DNA of 64,000 bases from Candidatus Bathyarchaeota archaeon (GCA_963769425.1 CAVYLP010000005.1:31436-95435); one strand, 5' to 3'. Positions 42,191 through 52,163 are shown, counted from the first letter of the stretch. Program-made: numbers and translations. Notes: generated by a model not told the origin, from the sequence alone.

Positions 42191-43219
42191 ATGACCTACG
42201 CGGTCGTCAGGAGCCACGCCCTCATCGCTGACCTACTCGACTCCAACCAGATGAGGACCATCGCCTCCACGGACAGCATCGAGGAGTTTATGTCGCAGAT
42301 CGCTCAGACGCCCTACGGGCAGGTAACCTTGGAGCCCGACGTGAACCCGAGCGTCAGCTTGGAGCGTGTCTTCTACCGCAAGTTCATCGAGCGCATCGTG
42401 AAGGTAGTGGACATAGTACCCAGCAACATCGGGGAACTACTACAGACCTATTACTACATGAGGTTCGAGACCCTAAACCTCGACAGGATACTGAGGGGCA
42501 AGTTCAGCGACGCGACACCCGCTGAGATTCAGGCGAACCTTGTGCCCATGATGCCCTACAGGGCACCCAGCTACCAGGCACTATCCGAGGCGGCCGACAT
42601 CGACGCTCTATTAGAGCTGCTCAAGGGCACAGCCTACAACACAATAGCCGAGAAGCTCCCCGTCTACAAGCAGTATGACGCCATCTGGCCCCTCCAACTT
42701 GAGTTGCAGCACCTATACAGCCTAACGATCCTCAGGAGCGTGGGGAAGCTGCCGCGCAGTCAGAGGAGGATGGTGAGCAAGATCGTGGAGCTCGAGGCTG
42801 ACATCGAGAACTTCCTCGTGGCGGTTAAGCAGAGCCGGGCCCCGAAGGAGGGGGAGGGCTTCAAGCCTGAGGAGATGTTCGACGCCACCTACGGGATATC
42901 GAAGGATGTACTCCACCTCGTCGTCGACGGGGCGGACCTCCGCGACTCCGTGGAGAGCCTCGGGGAACCCTACAGCGCCATACTGGCGCCCATCTACGAG
43001 GGGGACGTCGCCCTCATCAGGACCAACCTGAGAAGCCAGGTTCACAAGACCGTGAACGAGGCAAGAGCTGGTAACGACTTCGGCTTCAACACGATAATGG
43101 CGTACCTCGTCTTCAGCGAGTTGGAGAAGGACGACCTCGTCGGCATCGCGTGGGCGAAGGAGCAGGGCCTACAGGGCGAGGAGTTCCTCAAGTACCTCGT
43201 CGTGCCCAACGTTTCCTAG
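42191..43219 (+). CDS. atpC: A/V-type ATP synthase subunit C (d)
   Basis: YAVVR...LL, TPYG, NLDRILRG, IMAYL; operon position. Confidence 0.88.
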   Translation: MTYAVVRSHALIADLLDSNQMRTIASTDSIEEFMSQIAQTPYGQVTLEPDVNPSVSLERVFYRKFIERIVKVVDIVPSNIGELLQTYYYMRFETLNLDRILRGKFSDATPAEIQANLVPMMPYRAPSYQALSEAADIDALLELLKGTAYNTIAEKLPVYKQYDAIWPLQLELQHLYSLTILRSVGKLPRSQRRMVSKIVELEADIENFLVAVKQSRAPKEGEGFKPEEMFDATYGISKDVLHLVVDGADLRDSVESLGEPYSAILAPIYEGDVALIRTNLRSQVHKTVNEARAGNDFGFNTIMAYLVFSELEKDDLVGIAWAKEQGLQGEEFLKYLVVPNVS

Positions 43220-43275
43220 TCCCCATTTTCCCAAACCATAAATCAGCGACCCCCCAGTTGATCCCGGGTTTAGCG

Positions 43276-43842
43276 ATGTCTAAGGTGGAAACCGTTTACT
43301 TCAACGAGCCGGGGAAGGTGAACAGCAGGGAAGCGCTTCTCATCGCCAAGAAGAGGGCCGATCAGCTAGGCATTAGGGACGTGATCGTGGCCTCTTACAC
43401 GGGGGAGACTGGGGCGCTCGCTGCCGAGGTCTTCAAGGGGTATAACCTAGTGGTAGTTGCGGGGATGGTGGGCTACGTGGAGCCAAATCAGGACCGGATG
43501 AAACCCGAATATAAGAAAGTCATCGAGGACAATGGCGGTAAGATAATTCGCGCGTGTCACAGCTTCGGGGGCCTCGGCCGGGCGATAAACAAGAAGTTCA
43601 ATGCCATACAGGTGGATGAGGTGATCGCGCACGTTCTCCGCCTCTTCGGCTCCGGCGTGAAGGTGGCCTGCGAGTGCGCCTGCATGGCGGCCGACGCGGG
43701 CCTAATCCGTACCGACAGGGAGGTGATCTCCCTCGGGGGCAGCGGGACGGGTGCGGACACCGCCGTGGTTCTCCTCCCCAGCAACACTCACAGGTTCTTC
43801 GATATGCGCATTAGGGAGATAGTCTGCAAGCCCAGGGTCTAG
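43276..43842 (+). CDS. Pyruvate kinase C-terminal-like domain protein (MTH1675/DUF1867 type)
   Basis: YFxEPGxxN, VASxTGET, GVKV...MAADAG, GADTA, REIVCKP. Confidence 0.88.
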   Translation: MSKVETVYFNEPGKVNSREALLIAKKRADQLGIRDVIVASYTGETGALAAEVFKGYNLVVVAGMVGYVEPNQDRMKPEYKKVIEDNGGKIIRACHSFGGLGRAINKKFNAIQVDEVIAHVLRLFGSGVKVACECACMAADAGLIRTDREVISLGGSGTGADTAVVLLPSNTHRFFDMRIREIVCKPRV

Positions 43843-44151
43843 GACCCAGTGATCACCTGGCCTCAGGTGTCGCCTCTATCGACTCCAACCTCTTGATCAT
43901 CCTCCACAAAACGAGCCACCAAGCTGGGACTCCAGATTCTGTCGGGAGACGCGGAGGCTTCGCTCCTCTGCCTTGAGCCTTTCGTTCCTCTGCTAAAGGG
44001 TTGCCTCCTCCTTGGTCTCGTATTGGTTCAAAATCTCTGAGTCGACCTGCACCGATGGCGGGATGAATTGCGTGACCACGTGGCACCCCTTTTTCCACAG
44101 GTTGAAGCGAGAGTTTATCCCACCCTATTAGGGATGCTTTAAGGGACAACC

Positions 44152-45391
44152 TTGAGTGACGAATGGTTCTACGGCAGCAAACCCAAGAGGGCGACGAGTG
44201 GGAGCTGGGTGGCGATCCTTGTCGCCATACTCATCGTCGCGAACGTCGGCGTAGTCGCGTACAACACCGTCAACACTAACACAGAGGTGAAGAGTCTCGG
44301 AAGCCGGGTCGACTCACTGAGCCCTCACAGTCGAGTCCCTCAACACCGAGCTTACCAGCGCATACGCCGACATCTCCACCTTGAGGAACGTCATTAAAAG
44401 TGGGAGCCTAAATGTCACAGTAACGCCCGGCTCAGGCCTCGACCTTGTCGACCTCTACAATAGGACCAGGGATAGCGTTGTCCTCATCGAGGTGACCCTG
44501 CCCGCGGGCATGGCGCAGGGGAGCGGCTTCGTCTACGACATGAGCGGGAAGATAATCACGAACAACCACGTCGTCGAGGACGCGAGCAGCATATTGGTGA
44601 CATTCATCGACGGAACGATCGTTAAGGCGACGCTCGTTGGGCGTGACCCGTACTCCGACGTTGCCGTGATCAAGGTGGATGCCCCAGCGTCCCTCCTCAA
44701 GCCGCTGAATCTGGGTAGCTCCGCCGCTCTAAAGGTGGGGCAACCTGTGATTGCCATAGGTAACCCATACGGTTTGGCGGATACCCTAACCTCGGGCATC
44801 ATCAGCGCTGTGGGGAGGCAGATGGACTCCACCGGCAATTACCCAATAGTCGACGTGATCCAGACGGACGCCGCCATAAACCCGGGGAACAGCGGCGGTC
44901 CCCTCCTTAACATGAATGGGGAGGTTGTGGGAATCAATACAGCTATACCCACTGAGACGTCTCGGGGAATCGGCTTCGTTGTACCTAGCGACACGATAGC
45001 CCGCGAGCTGCCCAGCCTCATCTCCACTGGGACCTACCAGCACCCCTACCTTGGTATAACGGGGCAGGACGTGACGCCCGGGGTGGTCGACGCCATGAAC
45101 CTACCGTCGGGGACCCACGGCACGCTTGTCATTGACGTGACCGCGCTCGGACCCTCCGCCAATGCCGGGATCAGGGGAGGAACTACCACACAGACGATCG
45201 ATGGCGCCTCCATAAAGATCGGCGGCGACGTGATCGTCTCAGTAGATGGGATCCAGATGAAGAGCTTCTACGACCTCATAGTCTATCTTCAGCGTAACAA
45301 GCGACCCGATAGCACGCTTACACTCGGTATCATAAGGAACGGGGCGCCGATGGACGTGGTCGTCACCCTCGGAATTCGCCCGCAGCCCTAG
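44152..45391 (+). CDS. htrA: Membrane-anchored HtrA/DegP-like protease (paralog 2); +1 frameshift near 44322
   Basis: TM helix and coiled coil in ORF 44152; TNNHV, DVAVI, GNSGGP and PDZ in ORF 44381. Confidence 0.9.
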
Positions 45392-45834
45392 AATCTTGGA
45401 TTCCTAAGCAGACCCGCGATAGTTTCCTTGTCGTACCCGAGAAGCAGGCCTAGGCCGACGGCGATCTCCTCCTCAGCCTCCTCCAGCTTACCCTCCCTCC
45501 TCTTCCTCGCCTTCATCTCTTTCAATGCCTTATAACGGTCGAGCGTCGATGCATCTTTGGCCATGTGGACAACAACTTTTCCCTCGGTGAAGGCGGGGTT
45601 GAATAGCTTGGTGGTGAGGAAGTCCCCGTCGACAAGCAGGTGGACGTTGTACTCGTCAGCCACTAGCCTGATGGGGGCTTTGAGCTTATCGTATTCCTCC
45701 CTCGTCATTGGGGGGCTCAGGGCGAGTGGTTTCACCCCCGATCCCACTATCTCGGCGAATGCGTAGATCATCCCTAGGTGGTAGGAGTCGAGGTCGAATC
45801 CATTCACGTGTTTGCTAAGCCAGTGGTCCTCCAA
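45388..45834 (-). CDS. Hypothetical protein
   Basis: 148-aa ORF with protein-like composition (GVKPLALSPP, GLLLGY); family not recognised. Confidence 0.7.
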   Translation of the reverse strand: MEDHWLSKHVNGFDLDSYHLGMIYAFAEIVGSGVKPLALSPPMTREEYDKLKAPIRLVADEYNVHLLVDGDFLTTKLFNPAFTEGKVVVHMAKDASTLDRYKALKEMKARKRREGKLEEAEEEIAVGLGLLLGYDKETIAGLLRNPRF

Positions 45835-46077
45835 ATCGATCGATCTAGACTCTTATCCCCCTCTTAAGCGGCTTTCGCGCGTATAGCTTAACAGATAGGG
45901 AAACATTGTTATCTGAGCATCAGGCCAATTTTCTTACCCTTTTAGTTGTGTCTTCAGCCTAACCTCATAAGTTCTTTGTATTTGCTGTAAAAGGGTCACC
46001 CTCCGCGAGCTTTGTGCTCTCATTGGACAATGGGGGGCTTGGAATTGATTTGGCTTCTTTTTTAATCGGGGATAATG

Positions 46078-47424
46078 TCAGGCGAGTTTTCTGAGCGCGA
46101 AGAGAGCGACCGCCTTCGAGCAGAGGGTGAGCTCGTCTATCGATACGCTTTCGTCCCTCTTATGGTAGTTTGTGTATGTTTCGCCTACCCCTATGTTGAT
46201 GGATGGCATTCCACCGTCGACAACCTGGTAGTTCATATCGGTGCTGGCGAGGTTGCCGACGAAGGGTAGGTCCCTGCCGGTTACCTCCTTCATTATGGTC
46301 TTCGCCTCCTGGGCGAACGGGTCGTCGGAGGGAACTACGTAGCCGCCGCGGCTGTTGACTACCTCGACCTCGTAGTGGAGAGCCGCGTCTGTTGCCTTGA
46401 CGCCCTCGATGACGGCTCTGAATTCCCTCTCCACTTCCTCGAAGGTCTCAGCGGGGGTCATGCACCTGAGCACCTCTTCCTCGCAGAGGTCGGGGACAGT
46501 TGCTCCCTGGACTCCTCCCTTGATGGTTCCGATGTTGAGCATGGCGGTGAGCTTGTCAACACCCGCCTCCCTTATCTCGGTCGGCAGCTCGATGCCGGGG
46601 GTGGGTAGCTGCCTCTTCATGAGGACGTTCCTCCAGTAGTTGTCGAGGGCGACGTTGATCTTGCTCATCTTCTCGATGGCGTTTACCCCGAGGATGGGCA
46701 TCTGCCCGTGGTACGCTTTGCCGATGGTTCTGACCATGAACCGTGTCCTCCCCTGGGCGGCGAGGTTTATGCTATTCATGGAGCCATCGAGCTGTAATCC
46801 GTAGTCGGCCTTCACTATTCCCTCTCTGATGAGGTAGCCGAGGCCGGCGACGCCACCGATCTCCTCGTCGCAGTTGCCCGTGAAAATGAGGTCGCCCTTG
46901 AGCTTGATGCCGAGTTCATGGATGCCCTGCAGGGCGAGTACGGCAGCAGCCAGGGGTCCCTTGTCGTCGCAGACGCCGCGGCCCCAGACGTAGCCGCCCC
47001 CGACGTCGTAGATGCTCTTCCCATACCTGCAGGTCTTCGTGACCTCCCCGCCGAGGGGGTCGACGGTCCAGCCGTCCTTCTGTATGGCGGCGGTGTCTAT
47101 GTGGGCGCTCATGTGCATCGAGGGTCCGCCGCCTCTGCCCTTTAATCGGGCGACAACGTTGCTCCTCGGCCCCTCCAGTCCGAGCTGCTTCGCCCCAGAG
47201 AGAGTGAGGTACTTCTCGGTGGCATCGTGGATGGTGGTCTCGCAGCCGAGGGCCATCAACCTGTCCGCGATGAGCCCGCATATCCTGTCGTAATTCAGCC
47301 CCGGCGGCACCTGCGTGTCGATCCTGACGAGGTCCCTCAGTGTCGAGATAAGGTCGTCCCTGTGTTCCTCGATGTACTCGAAGAGTCGCTCCTTCTCTCC
47401 CATGCGCATCGCCTTCCAAGGCAT
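46078..47424 (-). CDS. M20 family metallopeptidase/deacylase (ArgE/DapE-like), paralog 1
   Basis: SAHIDT, GRGVCDDKG, DEEIGG, C-terminal H; start may be 47403. Confidence 0.9.
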   Translation of the reverse strand: MPWKAMRMGEKERLFEYIEEHRDDLISTLRDLVRIDTQVPPGLNYDRICGLIADRLMALGCETTIHDATEKYLTLSGAKQLGLEGPRSNVVARLKGRGGGPSMHMSAHIDTAAIQKDGWTVDPLGGEVTKTCRYGKSIYDVGGGYVWGRGVCDDKGPLAAAVLALQGIHELGIKLKGDLIFTGNCDEEIGGVAGLGYLIREGIVKADYGLQLDGSMNSINLAAQGRTRFMVRTIGKAYHGQMPILGVNAIEKMSKINVALDNYWRNVLMKRQLPTPGIELPTEIREAGVDKLTAMLNIGTIKGGVQGATVPDLCEEEVLRCMTPAETFEEVEREFRAVIEGVKATDAALHYEVEVVNSRGGYVVPSDDPFAQEAKTIMKEVTGRDLPFVGNLASTDMNYQVVDGGMPSINIGVGETYTNYHKRDESVSIDELTLCSKAVALFALRKLA

Positions 47425-47446
47425 AGCGGCGGATGGGTATCTAAAA

Positions 47447-48277
47447 TTAACGTGCCCTTCGAATCATGGAGTCGATGGGGACCCGGGTCTTGTCTCTCGC
47501 CTTGAAGGTGGTGAGGTTGGTGAACCCCGCGGCCTTGAGCTGCTTCACCGCCTCGTCGAGGTGGTCGCCGAGGGTCCCCGCTGTGTGGCTGTCACTGCCG
47601 ACTGTGACCGTGTCGACACCCGCCTCGTGTGCGGCGAGGAGGAACTCCTGGAGGGGGTAGAAGTGGCCGGTCCCCGCCCTGACCCCCGCCGTGTTCACTT
47701 CGATTCCGACCCCTTCATTCGAAGCCGACTCTAGTGCCTCTATCACGACCGAGCCGTAGTCACCCCAGCCCGCGTTCTTGCCGTAGAAGTGGAGGTACTT
47801 CCTCCAGTAGTCGGGGTGCGCCATCACGTCGAAGAGGCCGCTCTCAATGGCTCTCCTCCAAGTCGTATAGTACTCGTCAGCCGCTTTCCTTATGGCGCGG
47901 CCCTGGAAGAAGCCCTCTGCCTGAGTACGGGAGCCTATGTCTACGCCATTAATGTAGTGGGTGCTGCCGAGGATGAAGTCAAAGTCGTGGTCTTTTAGGA
48001 TGGATTCGAGGCGGCGCTCCTGTCCGGGGAAGTAGTCGACCTCCAGGCCCGCTAGTAGATTCACCTTCGTCTCTTCCTGCGCCGACCTTATCTCCTCGAT
48101 ATATTCGGGTATCTCCTCCTCCTTGATGCTGATGTCGACGTCTGGGCCGACTGTTATGAGGTGGTTGGTGAAGGCGATTTCAGTGATCCCCTTGGCCTCG
48201 GCGATCGCTATGTAATCCGGTATGAGTGCCGTGGCTGCGTCCCTCGAGTGTCTCTCGTGGACGTGGTAGTCAATCAT
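47447..48277 (-). CDS. PHP-domain histidinol-phosphatase (HisJ family)
   Basis: DYHVH, FTNH, GLEVDY, GSTH, AHPD, GSDSH. Confidence 0.9.
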   Translation of the reverse strand: MIDYHVHERHSRDAATALIPDYIAIAEAKGITEIAFTNHLITVGPDVDISIKEEEIPEYIEEIRSAQEETKVNLLAGLEVDYFPGQERRLESILKDHDFDFILGSTHYINGVDIGSRTQAEGFFQGRAIRKAADEYYTTWRRAIESGLFDVMAHPDYWRKYLHFYGKNAGWGDYGSVVIEALESASNEGVGIEVNTAGVRAGTGHFYPLQEFLLAAHEAGVDTVTVGSDSHTAGTLGDHLDEAVKQLKAAGFTNLTTFKARDKTRVPIDSMIRRAR

Positions 48278-48448
48278 TTTCGGTGCCTACCCCTGATATT
48301 GCGGAGTGGTGTTATTAGAGGCTAATCCTGCCCAGATCGGATAGAAGGTAACCAGGGTAAACCATCGGAACAGAAAAACTGGTCAGGCACCGAAAGGGAC
48401 CAGAAAACGGCTCCATTCGCCTTGACATAAAATAAAAATACAATTAAG

Positions 48449-49060
48449 CTACCTTTTTTCGACGGGGTGGCGGAGGATCGTCCTCCACTTCTCTGGCGGA
48501 GCCCTCCGGGGATCACTCATGTATATCTCATGGTGGTGCCCACGGAGGCGGTAACCATTCTCGTCGACGAAGGTCTGGATCAGCTTCTGGCTCCTCGGTT
48601 CGTCGCTGTACGGGCCAACATGGAGCATCTGTACGCTTGTCCCCTCGTGAATGCGTTGGAGTTTTACCCTCTCTACTGCCTTTCCTTTCTTCTCGACGAG
48701 GTCGGGCCTGATCTCGTCGAGCTTTACCTCCGTCACAAAGTCGGGGACGAGGATCATACTTGTCCAGTTCCAAGTCTCCCTCGGCGGAGCATCGTCGAGG
48801 TTGAAGATGCCAGGGTCGTCCCACCACCATACCCCCTCAAGAGGCATCACGGTGAAGTCCTTACCCTCCTTCTTCGACGCGAACTTGAGTGTGTACGCAG
48901 CTCCGTAGAGGGCGTTTATGGACTCTTGATAGGCTTCTCCCCCTGGTTCGCCTCTGCCGGTGTAGGTGAGGAAGCTAAACTCAGGGACATCCACTATCTC
49001 TGGCTTGGCCTTGGGTGAGTAGAGCCTCTTCAGCTCCTTCCTTAGGTCTATCTTTTCCAT
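48449..49060 (-). CDS. GyrI-like small-molecule-binding domain protein
   Basis: PLEGVWW, HVGPYSDE, HHEIYMSDPRR. Confidence 0.9.
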   Translation of the reverse strand: MEKIDLRKELKRLYSPKAKPEIVDVPEFSFLTYTGRGEPGGEAYQESINALYGAAYTLKFASKKEGKDFTVMPLEGVWWWDDPGIFNLDDAPPRETWNWTSMILVPDFVTEVKLDEIRPDLVEKKGKAVERVKLQRIHEGTSVQMLHVGPYSDEPRSQKLIQTFVDENGYRLRGHHHEIYMSDPRRAPPEKWRTILRHPVEKR

Positions 49061-49167
49061 GAGATTGTATTAGCTTAGGTGATTATAAGAGAGTTGGATT
49101 GCGGAGTGCTCTACTCAACCTCCGTGAAGACGATTTTCCTCAAACGGACACCCTCCCCGTATACCCT

Positions 49168-49473
49168 GCAGCGGCGTTCCGACTCCATGTGGCAAGGGCT
49201 CCAACTCCCGCCGCTGCGTTCCGACTCCATGCCGCAGGGTTTCCCAATTCCTAGCAGCGGCGTCCCGACTCCTAGCAGCAGGAGTTCCAACACCCGTAGC
49301 GGCGAGTCTCTTCCTAGCAGCGGGAGTCATGAAACACGATTTTACTCCTACCAGCGGCGTTCCGACTCCATGCAGCGGCGTTCCGACTCCATGTAGCAGG
49401 GTTCCGACTCCTAGTAGGATGGTATAACGTTTTTTCACTGTCCATATTCCTAGCAGCGGCGTTATGAACTCAC
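49168..49473. repeat. Degenerate 21-bp tandem repeat array (consensus GCAGCGGCGTTCCGACTCC[AT/TA])
   Basis: About 12 units; near-exact copies at 49168, 49210, 49254, 49351 and 49372, alternating with more diverged copies. Confidence 0.85.
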
Positions 49474-49595
49474 AGATAGATCTCCTCATCACGCTACCCA
49501 GTCCCTACAATAGGGGATGTACGCCTTGCTTGAGTACTGCAAGGTTCTACAGGCACTGGTTATTCAGGATCCTGATCCTAGCAACGTTTATGTGT

Positions 49596-49676
49596 CCGAT
49601 GTATTTTCTTCCCTCATCGGCGGGTGAGTGGGGCCTCCCACCCGATTCCGCCTGATAAATCCCGGTGAAGGGAGGC
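49596..49676 (+). ncRNA. Candidate riboswitch (preQ1-II-like pseudoknot) in the queT leader
   Basis: P1 CCGATG/CATCGG, P2 CGGGTG/CACCCG, loop GCCTCC complementary to the SD GGAGGC, P4-like hairpin with an ATAA loop; directly before the queT ATG. Confidence 0.5.
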
Positions 49677-50192
49677 ATGAAGGTCAAAGAGATCAGTTTA
49701 GCCGCCGTGCTGGCGGCGTTGTACGCCACGCTTGTCGTGGTATTCGCACCCATTAGCTACGGCCCGATACAGTTGAGGGTCGCGGATTGCCTTATCCCAC
49801 TCTCGGCCCTTCTGGGCTGGCCGGCCGCTGTGGGGGTGTCCCTCGGCGCGCTAGTGGGCAATTTCTACTACTTTTTGGGCCCCATCGACGTTATCTTTGG
49901 GGCGTTGGCAAACCTGTTGGCGGGTCTATTAATATGGAAACTCAGGGGGAGGCTACTTGTGGGCTGCGTCGGAGCCTCTCTGGTCATAGGGTTGATTGTA
50001 GGCGGTTACCTCTGGACATTCTTCCCGCCCCCGGATGTCCTCGGTCTTTCTCTCCCAGTATGGCTCGCTATGGTCGTAAGCATCTCGTTGAGTAGTCTTA
50101 TCTCAGTCGCGGTTATCGGCTACGGGCTGGTCAAGGGACTTGAGGCCTCCGGGTTGAGGAAGCTCCTCGAGTCTCGTGGCATAAAGGCGTAG
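49677..50192 (+). CDS. queT: QueT family 7-deazaguanine precursor transporter (COG4708 type)
   Basis: AAVLAALY...APISYGPIQLRVAD, LGPIDVIFG; SD GGAGG at 49671. Confidence 0.88.
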   Translation: MKVKEISLAAVLAALYATLVVVFAPISYGPIQLRVADCLIPLSALLGWPAAVGVSLGALVGNFYYFLGPIDVIFGALANLLAGLLIWKLRGRLLVGCVGASLVIGLIVGGYLWTFFPPPDVLGLSLPVWLAMVVSISLSSLISVAVIGYGLVKGLEASGLRKLLESRGIKA

Positions 50193-50218
50193 CCCCGGCG
50201 ATAGGCTTAACATTCTTA

Positions 50219-50824
50219 ATGCGTTTTCTTCCGTTGATGAATCTCAAGGTCCTACGGCTGGCCGGGTTATTCGGCATCATCGCGCCCCTCTTCGGGCTGC
50301 TCATCGTCGCGTCGAGCGTATGGCTCTCCCCATGGTTCAGCTGGACAGGCAACGCCCTGAGCGACATCGGTGGCTCAGCGGGGTTCGAAGCCATCGTCTT
50401 CAACTCGGGCCTCGCTATGGTCGGTGCGCTCTTGATGATGTTCAGCACGGGCCTCTTCGAGATGACTAAGGGGGATATGCTCGGTCAAGTCGGGGGCACG
50501 ATGTTCCTCATCGCGTCAATCCTATTGATCGCTATAGGTGTAATCAACATCACCATCGAGCCCTGGCACAAATACGTGAGTGTCGGCTTCTTCGTGGCTC
50601 TGCCCCTCTCCGTTATTATAATCGGGGCCTTCCTCCTCAGGAAGAAGATGAAGTTCTACGCCCTTCTGTCCTTCGGGACCGCAGTCCTCGCAGCTGGGAT
50701 GTGGTTCCTACCCTGGTCTGCGGTGGCCATTCCCGAGGCCCTGTCTGTAGCGTACATCGCGGTATGGGAGATACTCCTCGGGTACTGGATGTTCAAGAGG
50801 TACGAGGACAAGCTGGAAGAGTAG
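50219..50824 (+). CDS. DUF998-like membrane protein
   Basis: PWFSWTGNALSDIG, FNSGL, H..VS..FF, AIPE. Confidence 0.8.
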   Translation: MRFLPLMNLKVLRLAGLFGIIAPLFGLLIVASSVWLSPWFSWTGNALSDIGGSAGFEAIVFNSGLAMVGALLMMFSTGLFEMTKGDMLGQVGGTMFLIASILLIAIGVINITIEPWHKYVSVGFFVALPLSVIIIGAFLLRKKMKFYALLSFGTAVLAAGMWFLPWSAVAIPEALSVAYIAVWEILLGYWMFKRYEDKLEE

Positions 50825-50828
50825 TCGA

Positions 50829-52163
50829 TTATTCTGCACCGAGCTTACGCATCGTAATCAGGGCGACAGCCTTAGCACACTCGAGTATCTCGTCTATGCT
50901 CGCGTTCTCGTCCTGTCCGTGACCATTGCTGTATGGCCCACCGACGCCGAAGTTGATGCACGGCATATGCCCGTCGACTACCTGGTAGTTCATGTCTGTA
51001 CTGGCTAGGGTGCCTGTGAAAGGTAGCTTAACACCCACTGCCTCTTGAATGAGTGCCTGGCACTCTAGCGCGTAGGGGTCCGAAGCGGGTACGACGTAGC
51101 CCTCGCGGAAGTTTATGGTATCAATCTCGTACTGGAGGTCAGCATCGGTCGTCTTGACCCCGTCGAGCACTGCCTTGAACTCGGCCTTTGTATCCTCGTA
51201 GTTTTCGCCGGGTATCATACCGCGTAGCACCTCCTCCTCGCACAGGTCGGGGACCGTCGCCCCCTGTACGCCGCCCCTGATGGTGCCGATATTCAACATC
51301 CCCGTCGGGCACTCGATGCCCTTCGCTCTTAGCCCCTCACCGAAGTCGATGCCCGGTGTTGGGTACTTCCGCTTGAGGAGGACGTTCCTCCAATAGTCGT
51401 TTAGGGCGACGTTGAGTTTGCTCATCTTCTCTATGGCATTTACGCCGAGTATAGGGACCTGGCCGTGGTAGCTCTTACCCCTTGTCCGTATCAGGAAGCG
51501 GGTCCTACCCATCGCGCTCAGGCCGATGCCCGTCATGGAGCCGTCGAGCTGGATGCCGAGGTCCGCCTTAACTATGCCCTCGCGGATGAGAAAACCTAGC
51601 CCAGCGACGCCGCCTATTTCCTCGTCGCAGTTCGCAGTGACTATGAGGTCTCCCTTGAGCTTTACACGGGCCTCCTTGATGGCTTCGAGGGCGAGGAGTA
51701 GGGCCGCGGTCTCGCCCTTGTCGTCTCCGACGCCTCTCCCCCAGATGTAGCCGCCACCCTTGTCGAAGGCGCTCTTGCCGTACTTGCTGGTCTTCGTTAT
51801 CTCTCCCCCGAGGGGGTCGACTGTCCAGCCCTGCTTCTGTATAGCGGCGAGGTCCGTGTGGGCGCTGATATGTAGCGTCGGCCCCTTGCCGGTGCCCTTG
51901 AGGCGGGCGACTAGGTTCGTCCTCGGCCCATCGAGGCCGATGTGCTCGGCCCCGCTGAGCCTCATGTACTTCTCAGGCGCCTCGTGGAGCGACGTGGCGT
52001 AACCGAGACCACGGTACTTCTCCTCGAGTATCCCGCAGACCTTGTCGTAGTCGTGCCCCGGCGGCACCTGCGTGTCTATCCTGAGTATCTGCTGGAGGAG
52101 CCTGACCATACGATCCCTCCCCTCCTCTATGGCTTGGAATACCTCGATCTCCTGCTTGTTCAT
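50829..52163 (-). CDS. M20 family metallopeptidase/deacylase, paralog 2
   Basis: SAHTD, GRGVGDDKG, DEEIGG; collinear with 46078-47424. Confidence 0.9.
   Translation of the reverse strand: MNKQEIEVFQAIEEGRDRMVRLLQQILRIDTQVPPGHDYDKVCGILEEKYRGLGYATSLHEAPEKYMRLSGAEHIGLDGPRTNLVARLKGTGKGPTLHISAHTDLAAIQKQGWTVDPLGGEITKTSKYGKSAFDKGGGYIWGRGVGDDKGETAALLLALEAIKEARVKLKGDLIVTANCDEEIGGVAGLGFLIREGIVKADLGIQLDGSMTGIGLSAMGRTRFLIRTRGKSYHGQVPILGVNAIEKMSKLNVALNDYWRNVLLKRKYPTPGIDFGEGLRAKGIECPTGMLNIGTIRGGVQGATVPDLCEEEVLRGMIPGENYEDTKAEFKAVLDGVKTTDADLQYEIDTINFREGYVVPASDPYALECQALIQEAVGVKLPFTGTLASTDMNYQVVDGHMPCINFGVGGPYSNGHGQDENASIDEILECAKAVALITMRKLGAE

Noticed and set aside
43853-44149. 98-aa minus-strand ORF or structured RNA between the PK_C gene and htrA
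   Set aside because: No motif recognised; another frame gives a coiled-coil-like fragment broken by TAG, at most a gene relic. No tRNA, SRP or RNase P features were seen.
49168-49473. Repeat array as a CRISPR locus
   Set aside because: The would-be spacers are diverged copies of the repeat and mostly only 21-23 bp; no cas genes are in the window.
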